IMG/VR virus record: IMGVR_UViG_3300026549_000032
Coordinates: 128,001 to 192,000 of that record
Direction: 5' to 3' (one strand)
DNA from: a virus
Taxonomy: Duplodnaviria > Caudoviricetes
DNA length: 64,000 nucleotides
Positions 29,968 to 38,505 of this stretch are shown here, piece after piece. A program made the position numbers and the translations under genes. Every line of letters begins with the position of its first letter. Position 1 is the first letter of the stretch. The notes beneath the pieces are model-generated. The model saw only the letters and a program-made list of their open reading frames with translations, was not told the DNA's origin and did not search any database.

Positions 29968-30097
29968 TAATGATATATCTGACCTTGTCGGTTGGTATAA
30001 CGGAATACCTGTCATCCGAGTAGATCGAAGGGAATTGAAAAGAAAATATCTGACCTTCTTGACGATGCGAGATTTATTCGGAGTTCAGTTTATATGA
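29951..30097 (+). CDS. Microprotein MIFRIN (48 aa) with capsid-like G-x-Y-x-G-x-x-V segment
   Basis: Hand translation MIFRINNDISDLVGWYNGIPVIRVDRRELKRKYLTFLTMRDLFGVQFI, ATGA overlap with the next ORF. Confidence 0.75.
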   Translation: MIFRINNDISDLVGWYNGIPVIRVDRRELKRKYLTFLTMRDLFGVQFI

Positions 30098-30204
30098 AGT
30101 GGAAATTGAAAACGATAATTGCATCTTGGAAAGGGAAACAGCCCGTATTCCATGCAGAAAGATTTCCATTTCGTTTCTGGAATGAAATTTGGTTACCGGG
30201 ATGA
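30094..30204 (+). CDS. MxW microprotein MKWKLK (36 aa)
   Basis: Hand translated, ATGA overlaps at both ends. Confidence 0.75.
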   Translation: MKWKLKTIIASWKGKQPVFHAERFPFRFWNEIWLPG

Positions 30205-30368
30205 TTTGGAAAATAAATCAAACAGAAGAAATTGGGTACTCTATAACCCATGATAGACCTGTCTATAATTTTAGAAGGGAATATGGCCAAACAACTAGTA
30301 GCAATATATCTGATTGGTTTAAAGAATGGTATGGGAAGTTAAAAATACTAGAAGGAAACTTAGAGTAA
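30201..30368 (+). CDS. MxW microprotein MIWKIN (55 aa)
   Basis: Hand translated, ATGA overlap upstream. Confidence 0.75.
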   Translation: MIWKINQTEEIGYSITHDRPVYNFRREYGQTTSSNISDWFKEWYGKLKILEGNLE

Positions 30369-30508
30369 CTGTTAAGATACCTTTTGGCAAAGTATCATCC
30401 AATGGGATAATATATAACAGTGAAGCTCTTCTTGAAGCGATCAAAAGCTGTAATGGCCTAGGAGAGATAACTCATAAAAGTTCTGACGGACTATGGTTTG
30501 GAGTATAA
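30326..30508 (+). CDS. MxW microprotein MVWEVK with prohead-protease (gp21-like) fragment
   Basis: VSSNGIIYNSEALLEAIK...LGEITH resembles gp21-family N.NGRIY...L...LGEL.H. Confidence 0.75.
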   Translation: MVWEVKNTRRKLRVTVKIPFGKVSSNGIIYNSEALLEAIKSCNGLGEITHKSSDGLWFGV

Positions 30509-30726
30509 GCCAAGAGGTATTGTTTAGTGAAACCGTCGATAGATTCATGGGAGAATGGCAGAAAATACTTAGAGCGAGTATGCGTGCCTTCAGTGCTTCC
30601 ATGACAGTTGACTTGAATCCAAAGAATATAAACTATGTCACGAAGACTTCGACAGGAACGTGGATTCCAAGTCAGTATGACATAGATACGACTTTGGGAA
30701 ATAACAATATAGGATATTCGACATGA
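30493..30726 (+). CDS. MxW microprotein MVWSIS (77 aa)
   Basis: ORF track. LFS..VDRF is shared with the next ORF. Confidence 0.8.
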   Translation: MVWSISQEVLFSETVDRFMGEWQKILRASMRAFSASMTVDLNPKNINYVTKTSTGTWIPSQYDIDTTLGNNNIGYST

Positions 30727-30884
30727 CTTGGGAAGTAAATGCGATACTGTTTAGTAGGAAAGTTGATAGATTCTCTACTAAATTTAGAAGCTCTTTCCGA
30801 AAGGCAATGATGCTTTCCTACATGTATGGTGGGGATGGACATGTCGTATTTGATTACGAAACAGCAGGATGGAGTGGAAGTTAG
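30723..30884 (+). CDS. MxW microprotein MTWEVN (53 aa)
   Basis: Hand translated MTWEVNAILFSRKVDRF.., paralog of 30493, ATGA overlap. Confidence 0.8.
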   Translation: MTWEVNAILFSRKVDRFSTKFRSSFRKAMMLSYMYGGDGHVVFDYETAGWSGS

Positions 30885-31123
30885 CGAAACTAGGAATGCC
30901 TAAGCGTTTTTATGATAAGTTAGTCAGAGATGGGAATATAATATTTGCTCCCTACATGCCACTAACTAGTACGCCAACCATAGGCAACTTCAGCAATCCC
31001 GCGCAAACCGTAAATACCAAATATTATTGTGCGGATACTACTATCTGGTCTTCTAAGAAGATACATACTATCCGTCCCTGCACGCTTGACGAGGGAGGAG
31101 ATAGTGACGTTAGTGAAACATGA
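30869..31123 (+). CDS. MxW microprotein MEWKLA with major-capsid C-terminal-like fragment
   Basis: DGNIIFAPYMPLT...TKY resembles gp23-family G.YYAPYV.L...TRY. Confidence 0.8.
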   Translation: MEWKLAKLGMPKRFYDKLVRDGNIIFAPYMPLTSTPTIGNFSNPAQTVNTKYYCADTTIWSSKKIHTIRPCTLDEGGDSDVSET

Positions 31124-31290
31124 CTTGGAACTTTTCAGACACAATGACCATGGCGATAGAACAGAGGGGAAAGATGGGAAGAGGTCCTAAAAGACCTAAC
31201 CTACTCTACTGTTTTAAGACTTGGGTTGAATTGAAAGAGAAAAATGAAACGCTTTTCAAGGCGTGTGAGAAGGAGCTTTTGAGGAAATGA
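31120..31290 (+). CDS. MxW microprotein MTWNFS (56 aa)
   Basis: Hand translated, ATGA overlaps. Confidence 0.75.
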   Translation: MTWNFSDTMTMAIEQRGKMGRGPKRPNLLYCFKTWVELKEKNETLFKACEKELLRK

Positions 31291-31391
31291 TTTGGAGGAT
31301 CAATCCAAGAAAACGGACAAGGACTAGTGGTGTGTTTATCTTGACCAAGGATGGACTTAAGCCTATAAACATTCCGAGGACATGGAAATGA
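31287..31391 (+). CDS. MxW microprotein MIWRIN (34 aa)
   Basis: Hand translated, ATGA overlaps. Confidence 0.75.
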   Translation: MIWRINPRKRTRTSGVFILTKDGLKPINIPRTWK

Positions 31392-31513
31392 AGTGGAATA
31401 TAGACATAGATATTTCAAAAGTCCTCCGCCTACGGAGATTAGAATTGATGATGTTTGAGTATTACATTAATCATGATCTGGGACGTATTAATCGAAGAAA
31501 TAGGACTTGCTAA
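31388..31513 (+). CDS. MxW microprotein MKWNID (41 aa)
   Basis: Hand translated, ATGA overlap. Confidence 0.75.
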   Translation: MKWNIDIDISKVLRLRRLELMMFEYYINHDLGRINRRNRTC

Positions 31514-31598
31514 ACTAACCATCACTACTTCAACTAAAACAACAACTCATACATGTAAGTTGACGTTAATAACCTCCAGCGATGGTGTTAAACGTTGA
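31473..31598 (+). CDS. MxW microprotein MIWDVL (41 aa, Thr-rich)
   Basis: Hand translated. Confidence 0.7.
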   Translation: MIWDVLIEEIGLAKLTITTSTKTTTHTCKLTLITSSDGVKR

Positions 31599-31606
31599 AA
31601 GAAGAT

Positions 31607-31816
31607 ATGAGGTGGGAGTTTAGTGAACTGGTTAATAGATATGTTAGTCCTCCTATCCCAACACTAGATGATATGTCTAACTTAACCTTCTGGGAAAACA
31701 CCAACAGTAATCTCAGAGATGGGATAAAGGCATACAAACAATTATTACACGTTTACAATGCTTTGGGAGTTAAACCTGATTTTGAAACCCATCCTGTGGT
31801 GGGCGAGGGATTCTGA
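31607..31816 (+). CDS. MxW microprotein MRWEFS (69 aa)
   Basis: Internal ATG of ORF 31595..31816. Confidence 0.75.
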   Translation: MRWEFSELVNRYVSPPIPTLDDMSNLTFWENTNSNLRDGIKAYKQLLHVYNALGVKPDFETHPVVGEGF

Positions 31817-32024
31817 GATTTTCATAGTAGACAGAACCACAGATCCGGTCACCCAAGTAATAGAAGATACAGATGCAGCCTGGAATAGCTATCATGAATA
31901 TCAAGCAAAGTACGGGACAAGACTCTTTCCAGAGTACCCAAGCAGGAATGACTGGTATTTTGCAGTAGCTATGACTATGCTTGAGAATGGTGATTATAAA
32001 CTAGAAGTATGCAGTGGGAAATAA
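31758..32024 (+). CDS. MxW protein MLWELN (88 aa)
   Basis: ORF track. Confidence 0.8.
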   Translation: MLWELNLILKPILWWARDSEIFIVDRTTDPVTQVIEDTDAAWNSYHEYQAKYGTRLFPEYPSRNDWYFAVAMTMLENGDYKLEVCSGK

Positions 32025-32392
32025 GAATAAATCCTAAGAAGTCAGCTAAGATACTAAATGATGAGGTGAGACTGATGGATATGATCCTAGAAGCTGAGAA
32101 AACTGGAGTTCGTCCAGACACTCTCTACTTTAAAAATCCTTTCGGCGGAAATAACCTTGATTACTCTCACTTCAAAGACCTACAGTCTTGTAGAGACAGG
32201 TGGGACGATGTTGAAGAACTAATCCTTAGGAAAAATGTAGTCATGCATAGTTACGTCGCAACTGTCGGCAGGAACTATGAAGGCTATGTCAAGTTTCTTA
32301 AGAGATGGAAATGTGATAGGAGTATAATCTCTGAAGAGAACTTTAATAAGTGGTGTGATGAGGTGGAAAATAGATCAAGCGAAGATGTTTAA
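32009..32392 (+). CDS. MxW protein MQWEIR (127 aa)
   Basis: ORF track. Confidence 0.8.
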   Translation: MQWEIRINPKKSAKILNDEVRLMDMILEAEKTGVRPDTLYFKNPFGGNNLDYSHFKDLQSCRDRWDDVEELILRKNVVMHSYVATVGRNYEGYVKFLKRWKCDRSIISEENFNKWCDEVENRSSEDV

Positions 32393-32465
32393 TATGTACT
32401 TTGAATATTTTCGCGATAAGATCTTCAAAGCAGCGAAAATTCCAAAAGAACGTTTTAGTCAATGA
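32358..32465 (+). CDS. MxW microprotein MRWKID (35 aa) with portal (gp20-like) fragment
   Basis: Hand translated MRWKIDQAKMFNMYFEYFRDKIFKAAKIPKERFSQ. Confidence 0.8.
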   Translation: MRWKIDQAKMFNMYFEYFRDKIFKAAKIPKERFSQ

Positions 32466-32575
32466 CTTGGAAGCTCTATGACACCCCAGAAGACAAGGCT
32501 AGGTTTGCTTTGTGGAAGTTCTTGAAGGACGAAGCATTTAAGAAGCTATGGAATGGAAACTCACCGACGACCTAG
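32462..32575 (+). CDS. MxW microprotein MTWKLY (37 aa)
   Basis: Hand translated, ATGA overlap. Confidence 0.75.
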   Translation: MTWKLYDTPEDKARFALWKFLKDEAFKKLWNGNSPTT

Positions 32576-32721
32576 AAGGGAATACTCGTTTGATTCTGAG
32601 AAAGTACACTGGGTTGAAACTTACTGATTCAGTGAAGGCTAAAATGGAAGAAGACATAAAGAAAGCCGTTATCACAGAATGGTTAAAAGGCGGGCTTAGT
32701 TCGTTATGGTCTGGAAAGTAA
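32548..32721 (+). CDS. MxW microprotein MEWKLT (57 aa), possible tail-sheath-like segment
   Basis: Hand translated ..LEGNTRLILRKYTGLKLTDSVKAKMEEDIKKA.. Confidence 0.75.
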   Translation: MEWKLTDDLEGNTRLILRKYTGLKLTDSVKAKMEEDIKKAVITEWLKGGLSSLWSGK

Positions 32722-32816
32722 CTAATGTACTAAGACCACATCAGAAAGAGTTTTTCGGTTGGCTTAAAGGAGAAGTAGAAAAGAAAATGCAGGAATTAAT
32801 AAAGTTGGGTATCTAA
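32706..32816 (+). CDS. MxW microprotein MVWKVT (36 aa) with Q-motif-like LRPHQKE
   Basis: Hand translated. Followed by a terminator-like hairpin and the next promoter-like motif. Confidence 0.75.
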   Translation: MVWKVTNVLRPHQKEFFGWLKGEVEKKMQELIKLGI

Positions 32817-32843
32817 TCCCAATTTTATTTTCCTTATTCGTGT

Positions 32844-33170
32844 ATGATTAAAATATTAATTTCAGAATTACAACAGAGAGAGGACAACTTTGCGAAGATG
32901 CGCGAGTTGACAACAAAAAACGATGAAATCCGCGATCATGTCGCCTTTCTAGTTAGTCAGACCAACTTGAGAGGCTTGATTGTGGGAAAACTTGGTAAGA
33001 CTGCCGACTTTGATCCTGAGGTCGATGAGTTTGAGATTATCGGGTATGAGAAGTCAGAGGATGCTAAACAAGTCAGATTTAAAGTCAGCGTTAAAAAGAA
33101 CGAGATGGACTTAGGTCGAGCAAGAGCAACTATGCTTGATGTTCGTCTGACGGACTGGATTGACTTATGA
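32844..33170 (+). CDS. Hypothetical protein
   Basis: ATG 1 nt after the promoter-like motif at 32832. Confidence 0.8.
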   Translation: MIKILISELQQREDNFAKMRELTTKNDEIRDHVAFLVSQTNLRGLIVGKLGKTADFDPEVDEFEIIGYEKSEDAKQVRFKVSVKKNEMDLGRARATMLDVRLTDWIDL

Positions 33171-35855
33171 TCTTTCGTCTGAACAAAAAAGCGGCGGACT
33201 TATACTACTGGACCATGGGTTATAGGCATAGGAAGGGATTACTTCTCTTACAAGCTAAGCCAGGAGAGCTGTTTAAAGAGTTCTTGGTGGATGACCCAAG
33301 GTATTCTCTGAGAGGAATTGCTAAGAGAGTATTAAGGGTTGGGCCATGATTTGGAAAGACGTAGCTTTTACTTATAACTTCATTAACGAGGAATACTTAG
33401 CTATAGAAGTTATCAGGAACGAAAAAGAAACGGCAGAGGAATTGGGATATAATCCTTGGGGAATGCTAAGTAAAGTTAGCCTGGATGACGGACTTTGGTC
33501 TCAATTTCTTGGAAGATGCTACGAGACAATCGGAAAAGCACCTAGAATCAGGAGAGACTATTTCAACAGGCTCTTAGATACTATAATGCCTGATCCGAAA
33601 CTCATGTTTCATATGCCCATTGTTACTAATCTTTATACTTGTACGGAAGATTTTATCACAAACATGGGCTACTATTCGACCTATGAGAACTACATAACGT
33701 ATTTCACTGGAAAAGGGTGTTGGAAGAAAGCCCTAATGACTGAAGAAGAATTTACGAATCTGTCTAACCTGATTAGTACTACTTATGATACTAGAGAATC
33801 ATAAAATAGACGACTATAGTGATGATAGCATAGTCTGTGGATATTGTCCAGAGAACTTAAGGGAAGAGGAATTAAAGACTTTTGTTCCTCTTTTTACTGT
33901 TATCCAATATGACATAGGACTCCTGCGAGGACAAGAGTGGGAATCTGGAACTGGCTTGGAATGGTTTGTCTGGTATAAGAAACAAGAGAACCATTGGACC
34001 TATCCGGTCTCCACAAAACCAGACCCGTTTTATACATCAATGGACGCCGACGGTAAAATGGTCCGTGGATTTGTTGATGATAGATACTATCGAATTCACA
34101 TTCTCTCTATAAGTGGTGAAGGAGATAGATACTCTTCGTACGGCGGAGTTTCACTAGTCATAGATAGGTGGAATGGAGAACCGCATGTGGTAGGGATTGG
34201 TGAAGATGATGGTTGGTTCTTTCCAGAGACTCTCTATTGGAGGAACTTAGACAAAGAAGGAATCAATAAGTGGGAACTCTGGAGACTGTGTCAAGCTGTA
34301 GGAGATGTTAGGTGGGAAGCTTTCGGTGAGGAAGAAGACTACGGACAGAAAATAAAAGATTGGTTGTATGGTTTGGGGAATAAGTAATGTTTGGATAACC
34401 TATGCCATGTACCAGGGATACAGAACAGTTCCCATGAGAAGTGACCTGGATATCTTTGAAAGGTCTACTAGGGATAGTGGAAAGCTACTTAAGATCTATA
34501 TGGATGAACTAAAGGAACACTTTCCAAAGGCCTTTGAAGAGAACCCTTTGATAGGAACTTATAATAGTCCATATCAAGAGAGTTTTGAACAGTACAACCT
34601 TCGGTACCTAAGGTACATGAGAATATTCTCTTGGAACTCGGACCTGAGGGCAGCACTGTGGGATACTTACAAATACTCTGTCATGATTCCCTACAGGAAG
34701 AACAAACTTCTACGAAAGCTGGCAAAGGAATGCAATAGAACCATGCGAAGAGAACCAGACTTTATCAGGTACATCTTTAGCAGAGAAGACATAACTAAGT
34801 ATAAAGTGGTATAATTAAAAAAAATACAAGTATGTTGTTAATAGTAATGATTATTTTCTGGAGTATTGTATTAGTAGGACTCTTAGGATACACATTAATT
34901 AGTGAGTACAAAGATTGGAGAAGAAAGAAAACTATGGAAGCCAACTTAGAATACCCTCCTAAGACGCCCATCAAACTTTTCGCAGTCAAACATGTCCTTC
35001 ATTGGAAATTAGAGGGAGATGATTTTGACATGGGAAAGGTGAAGGAAGCTAAGAAGGAGTGCATCAGGTGGCTTAATGCGACGATCTATAAGGAACCTGG
35101 ACTGGAGAGTATAGTAGTAGTTTCTCCAGAAGACCTAAACAAATGGAGAGACAAGTTCCGTACCTTAGGCGATATGAAGGCTTGGATAAAGGAACAGGAC
35201 GAAATACTTGCCGAATACATAAAGATCAAAGAAGGAAACTTCGAATAGGTGTGAACTGGCTAGGGGTAAGAGATAAGAGAGTAATTTACGAATATCTTCG
35301 CCTGTACGACGATAAGTTCAACGACGGACTAGACAACATCTACGAACAAAGCGCTCTTGAGATTGCTCAGTGGTTTGAGAAGAGATGGCCAGATAAAGAG
35401 CTAAAGTCGAAAGGAACAGTTGCTCGAAGCTTATTGTATACTTTCGGTTACAATCAAATAGGAGACGTCTTGGCTGAACTAATAATCGACATAGAGGCAT
35501 TGGGCAGAGCTTTTGAAGAAGAGATCGTACCAGAAGCAAGGGGTTGGATATGAATTGGATGAGAGTTAAGAATAAGGACGTAATCACGGTTTACGTTAAT
35601 CTCTTCGAAGAGATCCAACCGAAAAGAGCTGGAAAGATACTTCTCGATTGTTTCCAAGATAATGTAGAGGACTTAGTAGAATGGCTCAAGGTGGAAAGAC
35701 CAGATATAGACATAACTAACCCAATAGGTAACTTAGAGGGAGATAAGAACATAATCGATGCCTTATGGTCGGTGAGGTCAATCTGGGATGCCTTCCTGGA
35801 GAGGATCGTAGAGCCGGTTAATGATGAACTGCCGGGGATGGTGCCAGTAATGTGA
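33167..35855 (+). CDS. Operon of hypothetical genes: 33167 (MIFRLN), 33346 (MIWKDV), 33785, 34368 (MVWGIS), 34832 (TM), 35251 (GTG start, MNWLGV), 35550 (MNWMRV)
   Basis: Overlapping ORFs, five of seven with the Mx[WF] tag. The last two are paralogs (NW..V..K.VI..Y..L). Confidence 0.75.
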
Positions 35856-35885
35856 GATGACTAAAGGCGGTCATCTTTTTTTTTT
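35855..35885 (+). terminator. Intrinsic terminator
   Basis: AGATGAC..GTCATCT stem followed by a long T run. Confidence 0.8.
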
Positions 35886-36420
35886 GGAGTTGGGAGTTTC
35901 CGTGGATCGACGTCTGGAGCGAAGCAGAAGACAGAGAGGAACAAAAGACATGAAAGACAAAGAGGTCCCGCCCACCGCGCCAACTCCACATGCTCCGCCT
36001 AATCGGCTACACATGTTCCGCGCCCGGGACCTCTAATGGGAAAAGGCCTTCGGCCAATCCCAGATGGATACTATGGGAGATTATATTGTCTCGAGCCTGA
36101 ACGAAGTGAGGGCGAAGAGAAAAGAAAACAAGGTAATTATTTTTTTAGGGTAGATAACCATTACATAGGATACTGGTAAGTTTTATCCTTAAAAATAATT
36201 GATCTCTAGTAGAAGGTATTTCTTTAGGTAATTTTGCGTAAAAATACTCTATATAGATATCTGTGTACTTTTACCCTTAAAAGTAACTATTTCTGGAAGG
36301 TATTTTTAGTAAGGTGGGGGATTTGGTTCGATTTTGGCTAATTTTGTCTCTATATAGGCCTAAATCCCCCATATTTTTAGCCTCAAAATTAATGAAAACC
36401 TTATACATGTAAAGAAGATT
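35886..36420. repeat. Inverted-repeat-rich non-coding spacer (origin-like)
   Basis: AGAGGTCCCG/CGGGACCTCT and GGGGGATTT/AAATCCCCC inverted repeats, an AT-rich inverted repeat, and GCGAAGC and GGCCTTCGGCC mini-hairpins. Confidence 0.6.
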
Positions 36421-36488
36421 ATTTGTTCAGCAGAGCTTCACGGAGGCTCCCAACTGAACATTTTTTAACGAAGTACAAATTTTATTCT

Positions 36489-38489
36489 ATGAATGTAAAA
36501 ACATTAGTTGTACCAAAAGGAATACGGTACATTTCACAGTGGGAAGGGTTTAGCCTTCCCGAGTTTCCAAACATTATTGATAAACAAATTCCTGGTTGTG
36601 GATTTACTGAGTATTGTATAACTAATAATCAGAATATTATTTTGGTTTCTCCAAGAAAAATTTTGTTACAAAATAAAAGAGATCAGCATCAAGGGGAAGT
36701 TTACTTAGTACAAAGTATTCTTCCTGAACTTGGTGTTGATTTAGATTTGACAGATAAGAGAACCGGTAAGAAATCTGCAACAAAAGAATTCTCAGAAGAA
36801 GATAAAGCAGCTATTGAAAGAAACTATATCCGAATTAGGGAGGAAGTTATTGGTCATTACTTAACTAGATCAGCTGTAGGACTTTCCTCTAAAATCCTAG
36901 TTACTTATGATTCTTATGGAAAAGTAAAAGAAGCATTAACTAGTATTGGGGTTTTTGATCAGTTTTATACTGTTGTAGATGAGTTTCAGTCAATTTTTGT
37001 TGATAGTAGATTCAAGTCTGAAACAGAGATTGAGTTTTTGAATTTCCTACAGGATGTTAACAGACTTTGTTATGTAAGTGCAACACCAATGTTAACTAAT
37101 TACCTTGAAGATCTTGATGAGTTTAAAAATCTTCCTTATTTTCAACTCGACTGGGAGACAGAAGATAAGTCTCGAACAATTAAACCTCACTTAGATATTA
37201 GATCTCTCAAGACAGTCCAATCTGATGCTTCTAAAATTATTGAATCATATAAATCTGGCAATTTTAAAACATCAGCCAGAATAGGGAGTGATGGAAAATC
37301 AGAAATGGTTAAATCTAAGGAAGCAGTTTTTTATGTCAATTCGGTAAATAATATTATCAATATTATTGATCGTGCAAATCTGAAGCCAGAGGAAGTTAAT
37401 ATTCTCTGTGCAGATACTCCAGAAAACTTAAAGAAGATTCAAAAGAAGCTTGGAAAAGGATTTACCATTGGAAGCGTTCCTTTGAGAGATGAGCCTCGGA
37501 AAATGTTTACCTTATGTACCCGTACGGTTTACCTTGGCGCTGATTTTTACTCTGATAATGCAAGAACATTTATCTTTAGTGATGCTAACATTGATTCTAT
37601 GTCAGTAGATATCACTCTTGATCTCCCTCAAATACTTGGTAGGCAGAGACTTGAATCTAACCCCTGGAAGAATAAAGCTCTGATTTACGTGAAGATTAGA
37701 TCTAGGGAAAAGATGATGCTAGAGGAGTTTAAGGAGCATATTAATAAAAAGCTAGAACTTACTAAACAGCTTCTTGAAAACTACGAAGTAGCACCTAATA
37801 AATCTGCAGCCACCATGGTATACGAAGATAGAGCCGCGTATAGAAAATATTCTTTTGATTACGTGGCAGTAAACAAAAAGGGTGGAAGTAATAAGTTTCC
37901 AGTCATGAATCAACTTGTTATGATATCTGAGAAACGAGCTTATGATATTCAGCAGATAGACTATGCCGATAGATTTAGTGTATTTAATACTATTCAAAAT
38001 ACTTTTGAGGTCGCTGATCTTGAAATTACTGAAGAAATTACCAAGTTTCAGGATAAATTTCAAACAGCCTCTACTCAGAAGAAGAAAATGAAAGTTTTAT
38101 GTACAGAGGAAATTTCAGAGGCAGCTTTACCCTCGATTTTAAATCTAGTTCCTGAATATATGAAGAAATTCTATATTCTTCTTGGCCCGGAGAGATGTAG
38201 ATCTCTTGGTTATGACTACAGTAAAATGACCTACGAAGTAGAGCATGTAAAATTAAAAGACGACGCTATCTTGAATAGAATTTATCAAGAATTTAGCGTA
38301 GGAATTAAAATTACTAAAGCCGAAGCTAAGGCAAAGCTAGTTAAGCTCTATCAAGAGGTTGGTTATGGTAAAACACCAAAAGCTGTAGATCTGCAAGAGT
38401 GGTTTGAAATAAAAAGGGCTCAGATTAAAGATCAGGTTACTGGTAAATTTTCAGAAGGTTTTGAATTACTAGCAAAGAAAATCAATTAA
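36489..38489 (+). CDS. Divergent SF2 (DExD-like) helicase-family protein
   Basis: Degenerate Walker A IPGCGFT, VSPRK, VTYDS, VVDEFQS, VSATP, T..LGADF and QILGRQR. Start placed at MNVKTL. Confidence 0.8.
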   Translation: MNVKTLVVPKGIRYISQWEGFSLPEFPNIIDKQIPGCGFTEYCITNNQNIILVSPRKILLQNKRDQHQGEVYLVQSILPELGVDLDLTDKRTGKKSATKEFSEEDKAAIERNYIRIREEVIGHYLTRSAVGLSSKILVTYDSYGKVKEALTSIGVFDQFYTVVDEFQSIFVDSRFKSETEIEFLNFLQDVNRLCYVSATPMLTNYLEDLDEFKNLPYFQLDWETEDKSRTIKPHLDIRSLKTVQSDASKIIESYKSGNFKTSARIGSDGKSEMVKSKEAVFYVNSVNNIINIIDRANLKPEEVNILCADTPENLKKIQKKLGKGFTIGSVPLRDEPRKMFTLCTRTVYLGADFYSDNARTFIFSDANIDSMSVDITLDLPQILGRQRLESNPWKNKALIYVKIRSREKMMLEEFKEHINKKLELTKQLLENYEVAPNKSAATMVYEDRAAYRKYSFDYVAVNKKGGSNKFPVMNQLVMISEKRAYDIQQIDYADRFSVFNTIQNTFEVADLEITEEITKFQDKFQTASTQKKKMKVLCTEEISEAALPSILNLVPEYMKKFYILLGPERCRSLGYDYSKMTYEVEHVKLKDDAILNRIYQEFSVGIKITKAEAKAKLVKLYQEVGYGKTPKAVDLQEWFEIKRAQIKDQVTGKFSEGFELLAKKIN

Positions 38490-38505
38490 CAGCCTTATTA
38501 ATGTT

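Noticed and set aside
29951-32816. Stop-codon recoding (TAG or TGA read-through) as the cause of the short ORFs
   Set aside because: The ORFs end in all three stops, lie in different frames, overlap via ATGA and each begins with the tag. Long genes elsewhere are intact in code 11.
29951-32816. Decayed structural operon (pseudogenes)
   Set aside because: The fragments come from unrelated proteins, each has a fresh tagged start with tight coupling, and the intervening DNA does not continue the parent genes as far as I can see.
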